Source: a virus
Lineage: Duplodnaviria; Heunggongvirae; Uroviricota; Caudoviricetes
Virus record (IMG/VR): IMGVR_UViG_3300047666_001531
Direction: 5' to 3' (one strand)
DNA length: 64,000 bases
The translations under genes were made by a program, and so were the position numbers. Position 1 is the stretch's first letter; each line of letters starts with the position of its first letter. The notes below the pieces were generated by a model that was not told the DNA's origin, ran no database searches, and saw only the letters and a program-made list of their open reading frames with translations. This document shows, one piece after another, positions 46,817-55,510 of the stretch.

Positions 46817-48283
46817 ATGTTGAAATTAACAACCATTCTTGCAGTTACTTTATTAAGCGTTTCAGCTCTTGCTGAAAACGTGAGTATGTTTAACATTCAC
46901 TATAACGACTCATCCGGCACAGGAGTTCGCAGCACTGAACCCTTTACAACAAGTGAAGGTCGTGTGACCACTGTTGGAGAATACAGAAAAGAACTTATTG
47001 AACACACTACGCGTGCTGTTTCATTGCAGTTCAATCATGTTGTCCCTCATAAGCTTGTTCTTGATTTTAAAGCACCTAGCGGTTATGCAGCTTTGACTTC
47101 GGGACCCTCTTTTACTGAGTTTAGTGAATACGACCGTAAAGATAAATTCGGGTTTCTTGAAGTAGGGCGTTCTTATCCAAGCACGCTTGTTAGTGCGCTT
47201 AAATCGATTAAAAACTCTCACGATGAAGATGCGGTTGTTTCGTTTGCTGATAATGTCGATGATTTGCGTACCAATCGAGAACACGTATATCCTCCTATAG
47301 TTTATTCTGCCTACCACGAAATGATGCATGTACTAGGTTTTGTTGGTACAGACTGTTTGGGTAAGTGCATACCTGAGCCGACCAGTAAAAAAGGTCACAT
47401 TTCACCTTATCTTTATTATAATGATAATGGCACTGTAAAGGCTTTTGAGTCGCTTTCAATGACCAAGAAAACTCATGCTTACATGTCAACTGACAAACTG
47501 TGGTTTGGTGGTAGTGAGACGTCAAGAAACGCTGCTATGAAAGAGCTTTCAGCAGGTCATACTAATGGCTTTGTTTATATGTTTGCCACTCCTAGCGTTG
47601 AAACGGGTAGTGTAGATCCACAAGCGGGCAATCATTTTTCGTTTGAAGTTCAGCCGGCGCAGTTGATGCGTTCTTCACGTGCTAGCACTGTTGATATCGG
47701 CATGGCGGCTTATTTACTTTGTGATGCGGGTTGGTGTCAAAGAGGTGGTAAAGTTATTGAGCAGTCGGTAAAGGCTGTATTGAATGAAAATGCGAGCAGC
47801 GACACAGAATCGGTTATTGATATTACGGTAAGCGAAAACCTGAATGTTGGTGTAAAAGAGTTTGAGTTAACAATTATCCCTGATGCGGGGATGAATGTGA
47901 TAGAATTTCAAGATCCAGATGGTGTTTGCTCGGAGAGAAATGGTGGTTATTACTGTTTAGGTGGTCTGAACCCTTACGAGAAAATGAATGCAAGACTTAT
48001 TGTAACGCCATCAAATGAATATACTTTAAAGGGTGATTTGCGTTCTACCGGTTTTGATGTTGATCGTAACGGTTTTAATAACATTTTGGATGTTACATTG
48101 TCTAAAGCGGCAGCCCCACTACCTGTACAAACAGCACCTGTAACCAGTGCTCCTGCGAAAACTGAAAATGGTGGCGGCGGTAGCGGCGGTGGTTCGATGT
48201 CGTTTGTAATGTTGCCTTTATTGCTAGTTGCCTTAATAAGACGTAAGCACGTTGTTGGTAAAGCAGCTGCGGGATCTAAATAA
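46817..48283 (+). CDS. secreted zinc metalloprotease with GlyGly-CTERM sorting signal, 488 aa
   Basis: Signal peptide MLKLTTILAVTLLSVSALA. AYHEMMHVLGF HExxH motif. C-terminus GGGGSGGGSMSFVMLPLLLVALIRRK matches Gly-Gly, TM helix, basic tail of rhombosortase substrates. Confidence 0.6.
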   Translation: MLKLTTILAVTLLSVSALAENVSMFNIHYNDSSGTGVRSTEPFTTSEGRVTTVGEYRKELIEHTTRAVSLQFNHVVPHKLVLDFKAPSGYAALTSGPSFTEFSEYDRKDKFGFLEVGRSYPSTLVSALKSIKNSHDEDAVVSFADNVDDLRTNREHVYPPIVYSAYHEMMHVLGFVGTDCLGKCIPEPTSKKGHISPYLYYNDNGTVKAFESLSMTKKTHAYMSTDKLWFGGSETSRNAAMKELSAGHTNGFVYMFATPSVETGSVDPQAGNHFSFEVQPAQLMRSSRASTVDIGMAAYLLCDAGWCQRGGKVIEQSVKAVLNENASSDTESVIDITVSENLNVGVKEFELTIIPDAGMNVIEFQDPDGVCSERNGGYYCLGGLNPYEKMNARLIVTPSNEYTLKGDLRSTGFDVDRNGFNNILDVTLSKAAAPLPVQTAPVTSAPAKTENGGGGSGGGSMSFVMLPLLLVALIRRKHVVGKAAAGSK

Positions 48284-48284
48284 T

Positions 48285-48536
48285 ATGGCCACGAGAACGC
48301 TGAAAATAATGCATGTAGCAAAAACCAAGGATGAATGCCAAGAGCTTGTTGATAAAACAACAGAAGCGCTAAAGGCGCTTCACCAAGGTATAGTCGTAAA
48401 TCCTTTTGAAATGAGAGCAACAAGCGTCCCTGATTATCGATGTGATATTCATATTAGCAAGGTGAATGGTGTAGCTTGGAACAGTTACTACAAAGCGATA
48501 AATTCGGTTAAGGCTGTACCTTACGATTTTATATAG
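48285..48536 (+). CDS. hypothetical protein, 83 aa
   Basis: ATG directly after the upstream TAA. Confidence 0.35.
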   Translation: MATRTLKIMHVAKTKDECQELVDKTTEALKALHQGIVVNPFEMRATSVPDYRCDIHISKVNGVAWNSYYKAINSVKAVPYDFI

Positions 48537-48634
48537 ATTTTTTTTTGGAGTAGATGATGAAAGATGAAAAGGTCAAACTTAGCGGAAAATGCACAATCCA
48601 GGTTGATACTGGTAAGGGCACCGTTTAAATAATT

Positions 48635-48669
48635 CCAATATTATATCGTGTACATGAATATAATATTGG
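48635..48669 (+). promoter_or_regulatory. class-B-like promoter inside a 35-bp near-perfect palindrome CCAATATTATA-tcgtgtacatga-ATATAATATTGG
   Basis: -10 TATAAT at 48659-48664. Core TCGTGTACATGA is related to the class-B operator. Confidence 0.5.
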
Positions 48670-48705
48670 GTATATAAATCAAACAATATTAAGCAAGGAA
48701 TAAAT

Positions 48706-48891
48706 ATGCCAATACTCATTGCCTCATTATTTTCGGCAATAACAAGCCCATTTTTAATTGGATACTTGCTTTTGCTTAAATTTGATAATATCGGTAGCGA
48801 AACGCTTCTGTCAGGAGTTCCGTTTTTATTTCTGGCGTTGTTGGGATGGCTGAAAATTGTATCAATTTTGCCAAAGCGATTACGAAGATAG
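48706..48891 (+). CDS. small membrane protein, 61 aa
   Basis: agcaaggaataaatATG start. Confidence 0.4.
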   Translation: MPILIASLFSAITSPFLIGYLLLLKFDNIGSETLLSGVPFLFLALLGWLKIVSILPKRLRR

Positions 48892-48936
48892 CTGGCAAGC
48901 TATTGTGAAACATTAACGAGCAAGGAATAAATAAGC

Positions 48937-49809
48937 ATGTTTAATCGAGAGTGGATAATAAAGTATGCAGAGAAAGACTTTAATCCTGAAATTGTAAGTA
49001 TCAACAATATAGCGATAGATAATTTAATATTGCCAAAACTAAATATGGTAATAGATGATTTCACTTATGCTGCTCCTGATTGGGATATTTACAGTATTTC
49101 TAAACTTTGGTTCGTTTTCTGTTCGCAAGCCTTTCAATTTAAACATCTAGAAAATGATGGTGCCAAATCTAAAACGCATTATATGGGGATGACAGGATCA
49201 AACGCTGTCCTTTGCATGATTAAGGATTGCTGGCCGTTAGAAGATAAAATAAACAGAGAAAAATTGGACTTTATTTTAAAAACACTCCCTCTCTACGAGC
49301 AACGCTCATGTATATTGAGCGAGATTTTTAAAGACACTCTAAAGTTAGATGGATTTGTAAGTGAAATTATTGAGTCAGCCCGAAGCGGAATCGTAACTTG
49401 TCAATTAGCCAATAAACTAGCAAGTGAGTTTCCTTTATCTTTTGAAGATCCTTACTTAAAAAAAGCTCAATTAGCTATATCAACGATTGCTGGTTGTGTT
49501 CAGCATAAAGAAGGAGTATCCATAAAAGATGATTTAACGGCATTTGCAGATTACGAAGTACCACGAGTATTGCGTTCGCTAGGTGTTATTGAATATTCAG
49601 AAAACTTGATTTGTAAGTTGCGAAACGGTACACCTATTTTGAAAGACTCTACCGAAGAGTTAGCCATACGTGCAGCGACCATATTGGCTGTTGAGAAAAT
49701 GTCTAACAGTTCTGGTTACAGTGCCTCTCAGCTAGATAATTACTTATGGCAATATCAGAGAAACATTGGTCAAACTGAAGTTCATGTAACTGACACGACC
49801 TTCTATTAA
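48937..49809 (+). CDS. hypothetical protein, 290 aa
   Basis: gagcaaggaataaataagcATG start. Confidence 0.5.
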   Translation: MFNREWIIKYAEKDFNPEIVSINNIAIDNLILPKLNMVIDDFTYAAPDWDIYSISKLWFVFCSQAFQFKHLENDGAKSKTHYMGMTGSNAVLCMIKDCWPLEDKINREKLDFILKTLPLYEQRSCILSEIFKDTLKLDGFVSEIIESARSGIVTCQLANKLASEFPLSFEDPYLKKAQLAISTIAGCVQHKEGVSIKDDLTAFADYEVPRVLRSLGVIEYSENLICKLRNGTPILKDSTEELAIRAATILAVEKMSNSSGYSASQLDNYLWQYQRNIGQTEVHVTDTTFY

Positions 49810-49827
49810 TTTAACAGAGGTATAAAT

Positions 49828-50000
49828 ATGCGCAAGGCGAAGTGTCTTTCGAGTTTAAAAAAATAGTAAAAGCAAAATTTAGAGCAGCAAAATCAGAGCA
49901 AGACTTAGATAAGCTTTTAAACGATCTTCATGACGCAGTTTTGGAGGCAAAAAATAACCCAGACGGTCTTCGTGCCGCAGTTAAGATTCTTAAAAACTAA
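49828..50000 (+). pseudogene. small gene interrupted at an A7 tract (frameshift, or programmed -1 slip)
   Basis: Conserved cassette SD aacagaggtataaatATG. TAG after 12 codons at ttt-aaaaaaa-tag. The -1 frame then stays open for 45 codons to 50000. Confidence 0.3.
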
Positions 50001-50016
50001 TAAGGGAAGTAATAGA

Positions 50017-50592
50017 ATGTTAAGTGAAAACTACAAAAATGCTTTGAATGGTCTTAAAGCCCAAGCTAATGGTAATGTAACAGATTTATTCAAAGAATGT
50101 GAGACTGAAACTCAGCACATATATCGCATTATCATGACAGAAAACGTACCAGTTAATGTAATTGATGAAGCGATGCTTGAAAAGTTTCTTGCTGAAGAAG
50201 CGGAAGGGAAAGTTGACTATTCGAAACCTGTTGATCGTGATGGGTTGAAATACGTTGATTTGGAACAGGATGTTGAAATCTACCCTTGCGTCACACTAGG
50301 TGCAACTACTTTCCCGATTGAAGGACAAAAACATCTGTTATCTTCAATTGATGCAAAAGCTATGCTTGCTCAACTAAGTGGTATGGGGCGTTTAACTCTT
50401 ATTACAAATACAATGCAATCGTTGGCTGAGAGGTTAGATGGTACTCAGTTACAGACGGCATTTCCAAGTCTGAATGAAGTAAAAGCTTGTATTGATGACG
50501 GACTTATATTGCCTCCAGAATTTATTGTAAAAATAGAAGAGTGGAAATCGCTAAACTGCTCAGAAATAAATTTTGATTTTGTCGAGAAGTAA
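50017..50592 (+). CDS. hypothetical protein, 191 aa
   Basis: Refined to the ATG with taagggaagtaatagaATG. Confidence 0.5.
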   Translation: MLSENYKNALNGLKAQANGNVTDLFKECETETQHIYRIIMTENVPVNVIDEAMLEKFLAEEAEGKVDYSKPVDRDGLKYVDLEQDVEIYPCVTLGATTFPIEGQKHLLSSIDAKAMLAQLSGMGRLTLITNTMQSLAERLDGTQLQTAFPSLNEVKACIDDGLILPPEFIVKIEEWKSLNCSEINFDFVEK

Positions 50593-50620
50593 GCTTTGGA
50601 TGTGACGGAGGAATAAATTC

Positions 50621-50773
50621 ATGGATAATTTAAGATTGCGCATTAGCTGTAAAATAATTAGTTTTGGTATTAGATTGATGCCTAAAGATTGGCGAACCAA
50701 AAAACCTATTATCAATCTTATTGCTACCAACATGATTGATAATACACAAAAAGATGTGTCAGATAACAAGTAA
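50621..50773 (+). CDS. small protein, 50 aa
   Basis: gacggaggaataaattcATG start. Not in the ORF track. Confidence 0.3.
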   Translation: MDNLRLRISCKIISFGIRLMPKDWRTKKPIINLIATNMIDNTQKDVSDNK

Positions 50774-50782
50774 GGAATGAAT

Positions 50783-51373
50783 ATGCCTGAATTAAGAATC
50801 GAGCATTTATCGGATTTAGAGTCAGAATTAGAAAAATATATAGACCCCAAAAATATCTTTGGTTTTCGTAAATCATTTATAGAGTGGGTTGCGATTGCTT
50901 GGTCAAATGCTGGCTTTTACGATACGGAAATAAGAGATACCGGGTTTGACAGATCATCATTTCCTGTTGCTGGGAATGTAAAACTAAAAGAAAAAACGAA
51001 AAATTATTGCGATTTTATTAATGCTAACACTGGCAACTCCATGCCTACATTCAATAGCGGCTCAGGAATGAGGTGTGAAACATTTGAAGAAAAACTACAT
51101 GAGTTTTTTGGTGAGAAATGTTCACTGTTTGTAGACAAATACATAGACCGACTTTCGCTTACAGTTCCTAAAACGGGAGAGTTCTCACATTGTGATTCTG
51201 TAGCTGAAATAATTTGGGGTGATGAGATGGATGGGTGTGATGATATTATTATGCGGTTTGGCTGTTTAGGTCATGAAGTTTCTCCATATCTGTGTGAAAT
51301 GAATGGTTTTGATTCATATGCAATGGGCTTGTTTGGTAATTGTAAAATTGCAGATTTTAAAGCAAAAGAATAA
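50783..51373 (+). CDS. hypothetical Cys-rich protein, 196 aa
   Basis: aaggaatgaatATG start. Confidence 0.5.
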   Translation: MPELRIEHLSDLESELEKYIDPKNIFGFRKSFIEWVAIAWSNAGFYDTEIRDTGFDRSSFPVAGNVKLKEKTKNYCDFINANTGNSMPTFNSGSGMRCETFEEKLHEFFGEKCSLFVDKYIDRLSLTVPKTGEFSHCDSVAEIIWGDEMDGCDDIIMRFGCLGHEVSPYLCEMNGFDSYAMGLFGNCKIADFKAKE

Positions 51374-51389
51374 CAAGGGAATAAACACA

Positions 51390-51609
51390 ATGGCATTTGC
51401 AGACGTATTTAAGGGTTTTTGAAGGCAGCTATATTTCCACTCCATGCCCTAAGTGTAGTAAGCCTATGAGCGCCGAAGAAGCTTTCCATTATGATACTTG
51501 CGAACAATGCACCAACGAAGACTGGCATGAATTAAAAGCGTGGAAGTCAGGTGCAGAAAACAAAGATCTAGATGAAAAGTTCTCACCACCAAAGAAAGCC
51601 ATACACTAA
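51390..51609 (+). pseudogene. small Cys-rich gene with probable frameshift at a GGGTTTTT tract
   Basis: Canonical aacaagggaataaacacaATG start stops after 10 codons. The +1 frame, which the ORF track starts at TTG 51397, encodes a 70-aa CPKC..CEQC protein. Confidence 0.3.
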
Positions 51610-51625
51610 CAGAGGAATGGATATA

Positions 51626-52222
51626 ATGTCAGGGCACAAACAAAGATCTCAATTTGAATTAAAGAATAAGCAAACTATAGAGCGGTTTGGGCGAGACAAA
51701 TGCCTTGAAGTTTACGAGATGCCTGGTAAACACATTCCGTTAAAACCTGGGCAAATGTACGCTACTTGGCAGGAAAAGGTTTCAGCAGAACATGGTATTA
51801 GCGAAGACGAAGCAATGGACTTGTGGGCTGCGGGAAATAGCATTATTCAGGAAAAACAATTTGCTAGCAGTGAAGGTATCATCTCAAAAGTTGGAGAGGA
51901 TAAATGCAAGGAGATTTTTGCAGAGATGTTAAAAATAATGACCTCCGACTCTGATTGGCAGAAAACTATATCTGAAAAGTACAACATCGAACAATCTAAT
52001 GTCATCGATGTATTTTTGGCAGGCTCAAGTATTAGTATGAAAGAATCTGCTCCAAGTATTAATGAAACAATGAAGGAATATCACCAGAATAAACATAAAC
52101 TCCCTTCTTGCCCTAAAAAAGAGTGTAATGGAAAACTTCACATTACAGTTTCATTGTCTGAAGAGAACGATGGACTTTACCTCTGTGATAATTGTAGCTC
52201 TACCTTTCGGAAAAAGAAGTAG
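51626..52222 (+). CDS. hypothetical protein with C-terminal zinc ribbon, 198 aa
   Basis: aacagaggaatggatataATG start. CPKKEC...CDNC at the C-terminus. Confidence 0.5.
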   Translation: MSGHKQRSQFELKNKQTIERFGRDKCLEVYEMPGKHIPLKPGQMYATWQEKVSAEHGISEDEAMDLWAAGNSIIQEKQFASSEGIISKVGEDKCKEIFAEMLKIMTSDSDWQKTISEKYNIEQSNVIDVFLAGSSISMKESAPSINETMKEYHQNKHKLPSCPKKECNGKLHITVSLSEENDGLYLCDNCSSTFRKKK

Positions 52223-52249
52223 TTGTTGATAAAACTAACAGAGGAATGT

Positions 52250-52402
52250 ATGAAGCAGATTTTAGTTTGTATTGCAGGGCTTTTACTTTTTTGTGCATTG
52301 ATAGCCGTTGCAAATAATTCAATATGGGCAAGTAAGATATCTTGTATTGGATTTATCATAGCAATAAGCTCTATACTTCTTAAAAGACAACCAAGGAATT
52401 AA
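52250..52402 (+). CDS. small membrane protein, 50 aa
   Basis: aacagaggaatgtATG start. Two hydrophobic helices. TAATG overlap with the next gene. Confidence 0.3.
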   Translation: MKQILVCIAGLLLFCALIAVANNSIWASKISCIGFIIAISSILLKRQPRN

Positions 52403-53001
52403 TGGAAATGAAAAAAAAATTTACAATGAATCTTGGTACATCAGGCTTCTTTCTTGATGTATCTCTTGACGAGGTTGAGGAGAAGTTTATTTCGTCATTT
52501 CATGGGCAGTTCAGAAAAGAAGGCATAAACACAGTATATCCAAAATTGTACTGGCAGATCGTAAATGTGCCTGTTGGTATTAAACGAATTGGCAATATTG
52601 CTTTTGCCCTTGATGTAGACGGTTCAACAGAACCATTTACATCACTATATGATATTTCAAGAGGTGTTTATCGTGAACAAGTAGCCAAGGCTATGAAAGT
52701 AAGACCTAATGATACAAGTCACAACTTATTGGTATTAAATGGTCTAAATAGCGACAATGCTGAACCAATTGATGACAACGTTATTGCGCTAGCAATAAAG
52801 GAAATCGAAAGTGTTCAAAAATTAGATTCTGGTCTAACAGGGTATTTTACCGACACTGATGACCAAGAGAGCCAAAACTTTATTTCATGTTTAATCAAAG
52901 ATGGTTTTCAGAAGTTGAACTATGACGGTTTTGTTAGCCAAGAAGCTACTATGGTTTTTCGTCCGCAGGCTGCATTGCATGAATCAGTCATATGCAAATA
53001 A
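52402..53001 (+). CDS. hypothetical protein, 199 aa
   Basis: caaggaattaATG start. Confidence 0.5.
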   Translation: MEMKKKFTMNLGTSGFFLDVSLDEVEEKFISSFHGQFRKEGINTVYPKLYWQIVNVPVGIKRIGNIAFALDVDGSTEPFTSLYDISRGVYREQVAKAMKVRPNDTSHNLLVLNGLNSDNAEPIDDNVIALAIKEIESVQKLDSGLTGYFTDTDDQESQNFISCLIKDGFQKLNYDGFVSQEATMVFRPQAALHESVICK

Positions 53002-53262
53002 TGTAAATATAACAGCCAGCCCACGTCAAGATGGTGATGTTGAACCTGTTGTTAAAATTGAGTGCTCTCATTTGTCTCCTGCTCAAGCATCGGCAATTTT
53101 AAAAGTTATATACAACAAGTAAGAACGAAATAAAATATGAGCACATCAAAGAATTTTACGTCAAGCATTAAGCGGTTGGTTGAATACAAAAATTATGCCG
53201 TTGGCCATCCCCAGGTTGTTTGGGGGATTTAAGTAGCCTCTAGTGTATAAGTCCGATAGTTA

Positions 53263-53298
53263 TAAAAGATTGATATAATGTTTCATTGTGATAATATA
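53263..53298 (+). promoter_or_regulatory. class-A promoter variant (TTGATA)
   Basis: aaaaGATTGATAtaatgtttcattgTGaTAATAT. Confidence 0.5.
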
Positions 53299-53315
53299 AA
53301 ATAGGAATAGATATT

Positions 53316-53657
53316 GTGCCTGAAAAGTCTCCATTCTCAACTATGGATATAGTTAACGCGTATGAGTATACAAAGAGTGTATCGACTAAGTTTTTTAACG
53401 CCCTTAGAGAAAGTAGGCGGTTTGGATTTAGAATGTGTCAATACAAGATTGACGACCCTCTTGCTAAGGAAGTAAATGCGGTTATTTTTTGTTTGTCACT
53501 TTGTCATCGTGAAAACATTTTATTGAAAGTCAGTGTGGATAATGCTGAGTTCAGAAAGTCATTACAAGAAGCAATTTCAAAATCACAAACATTAAAAAAT
53601 GATGTCGAATTTTTACTATCGTACTCGCCCAATATTGATTGGAATGGTGGCGGTTAA
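53316..53657 (+). CDS. hypothetical protein, 113 aa (GTG start)
   Basis: aggaat SD 9 nt before GTG. Confidence 0.4.
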   Translation: MPEKSPFSTMDIVNAYEYTKSVSTKFFNALRESRRFGFRMCQYKIDDPLAKEVNAVIFCLSLCHRENILLKVSVDNAEFRKSLQEAISKSQTLKNDVEFLLSYSPNIDWNGGG

Positions 53658-53674
53658 GCAACAGAGGAATGGGT

Positions 53675-53878
53675 ATGAGTTACGCGAGAATTAGAACCAA
53701 TTTTATTAACATTAGCAGCACTAACAAGAGACATATATATTCTTATCAAAAATGGTCTCTTTTTAACGTTGCTGTTTCTGCGATCCTTTATTTTGTGGTT
53801 ATTCACTCTAGAGATGGCATAAATGCTATTCCTTACGAAAGTACCTTGCAGGAGATTGTAGGTTTACTATTTTTATAG
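53675..53878 (+). CDS. small membrane protein, 67 aa
   Basis: aacagaggaatgggtATG start. Confidence 0.35.
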   Translation: MSYARIRTNFINISSTNKRHIYSYQKWSLFNVAVSAILYFVVIHSRDGINAIPYESTLQEIVGLLFL

Positions 53879-53886
53879 GTACTGCG

Positions 53887-54222
53887 TTGTTTGTGGGTGG
53901 TCTTTTTCTACATGCACCCAAACAGATTTACTTACTGTCTGAATTTGGAAAGAAAACGTTCTTAGTGAACCCTACAGTATCCAATAATATTGCGAATTTC
54001 CTAGCTTGGTTTCTTCCTGTATCGGTTTTCGCAAGCAACACAAGTGTTTTCCTAAATATGACTTTTGCATACAAATTGTCGATGTTCGCTGTAGTGGCAA
54101 TTGTCGTGTTTGCAAGGGTACGGTCTAATTTTCATAGGTATGCTGCTTTTGAGCAATTTAAAATAGAGTACCCATACGGGTATTTCGAAAGACTTGATGA
54201 ACGCGAGCCTGTATTTAGGTAA
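53887..54222 (+). CDS. membrane protein, 111 aa (start uncertain, TTG or GTG)
   Basis: Three hydrophobic helices. No ATG or SD at the 5' end. Confidence 0.3.
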   Translation: MFVGGLFLHAPKQIYLLSEFGKKTFLVNPTVSNNIANFLAWFLPVSVFASNTSVFLNMTFAYKLSMFAVVAIVVFARVRSNFHRYAAFEQFKIEYPYGYFERLDEREPVFR

Positions 54223-54241
54223 CTTTTAGATAGGAATAAGT

Positions 54242-54460
54242 ATGGAATATACAATGTTGGAAATTATCTTAATGTCTACATCTACTAGCGTTTTGTTTTT
54301 ATGGGTTTTGATGGGTGTATGGACACGGAATGAGTATGAAAAGCTTTCATACAAAGATGGGAAATTAATCAGAGAGCTACCATCTGTCCCCTTCTTCTTG
54401 TTGATGGGTATGGTTGGACTTTACAAATTACAGAAAAACCCTGAAATTCAATTTAAATAG
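54242..54460 (+). CDS. small membrane protein, 72 aa
   Basis: gataggaataagtATG start. Confidence 0.4.
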   Translation: MEYTMLEIILMSTSTSVLFLWVLMGVWTRNEYEKLSYKDGKLIRELPSVPFFLLMGMVGLYKLQKNPEIQFK

Positions 54461-54571
54461 GATTGACAATGAAGGGTTCATTGTTGAGTTTAACAACAAT
54501 TATTAATATTGTTGTTTTTACTTATGGAATAGCTACTGCTTAATTTGTGGTTAACTAAAGGATAAAGTTAA

Positions 54572-54850
54572 ATGGACGCATCGCTCAATCTTCAAGAACA
54601 ATTAAAAAGAGATCCAATATTAATTGTTGTAGGCAAAGCAAACCCTTGCAATCGAAAGCTAATAAAAAAATATCAAGGTGGCCAAGTCACCGTTGTAAAT
54701 AGCTACACGAAGGGTGCTTTGGCTTTAAAGAAAATATGCAGTATTAGAAACATCAAACCTGTAATGAAACAATACTGTCTTGGTTTGATTAAGAAGGATT
54801 CGAACAACACTCTCCCAAGAAAAACGGAGTCGCTTTTAAGGACTGCTTGA
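54572..54850 (+). CDS. hypothetical protein, 92 aa
   Basis: ctaaaggataaagttaaATG start. Confidence 0.4.
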   Translation: MDASLNLQEQLKRDPILIVVGKANPCNRKLIKKYQGGQVTVVNSYTKGALALKKICSIRNIKPVMKQYCLGLIKKDSNNTLPRKTESLLRTA

Positions 54851-54888
54851 TTTCGGTTTGCTTAGGTGTGAATCACCACAAAAAAATA

Positions 54889-54924
54889 TGAAAGATTGAT
54901 TTAATCTTTCATTATGATAAAATG
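54889..54924 (+). promoter_or_regulatory. class-A promoter variant (TTGATT)
   Basis: aaaGATTGATTtaatctttcattaTGaTAAAAT. Confidence 0.5.
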
Positions 54925-55004
54925 GTTCCATTAAAATCAGTCCGCACCAGAATAACTAAGATAAATGTAAAAAAGAAGCCGTGATCACCGGAGGAGAAAG
55001 TTTC

Positions 55005-55409
55005 ATGAGTCCAGAATACGTAAAAAATTTCCCTAAAGGGGTGTTGAAAAAAATAAGAGAATGCCAGCCTAAATTAGATAGTTTTGTGCCTCTTGTTGTT
55101 GCTGAATATTCGACGTCAAATGAACATTCAATTGCCGACTGCAATGTGGCAGGGTGGTATAATGAATTTTTGCAAGAATCACTTTTAAAAAGCAGTGAGT
55201 CCGCTGTTATGGTTAAATTTTCCAATGAGTTGATGTTTAATCAGTTAAGATTAGGTGTTAAAAAAGGGGAGATTAAAAATTTAGGGCTAATGGTAAATGG
55301 TGAGATTTTTTACGTTGTGTTGCCGAATGGGAAGTCAATAGGGGGTGCGTTGCCCTGTAGTGATAAAATTTTGGGTGTATGGGATGAACAGCTGGTGGAA
55401 CTGATTTAG
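55005..55409 (+). CDS. hypothetical protein, 134 aa
   Basis: Refined to the ATG with ggaggag SD. Confidence 0.45.
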   Translation: MSPEYVKNFPKGVLKKIRECQPKLDSFVPLVVAEYSTSNEHSIADCNVAGWYNEFLQESLLKSSESAVMVKFSNELMFNQLRLGVKKGEIKNLGLMVNGEIFYVVLPNGKSIGGALPCSDKILGVWDEQLVELI

Positions 55410-55510
55410 TTAGCTTAAGCCTCAAGAAATAAAGTGTTAGTGATGTTTTTGGGGTGAATGTGTTGCTGCCCCTCAATTTTGATTGGATTTTGCACTTAGT
55501 AAGGAACAAG

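Noticed and set aside
48284-48296. 11-mer ATGGCCACGAG occurring at 48285 and again at 57888
   Set aside because: Only two copies in unrelated contexts, one a gene start and the other the 3' end of a minus-strand gene. This is within chance for 64 kb.
52979-53125. 48-aa ORF overlapping the 3' end of 52402..53001, and a 31-aa ORF at 53137
   Set aside because: No SD or cassette-type leader. Likely non-coding read-through before the 53263 promoter.
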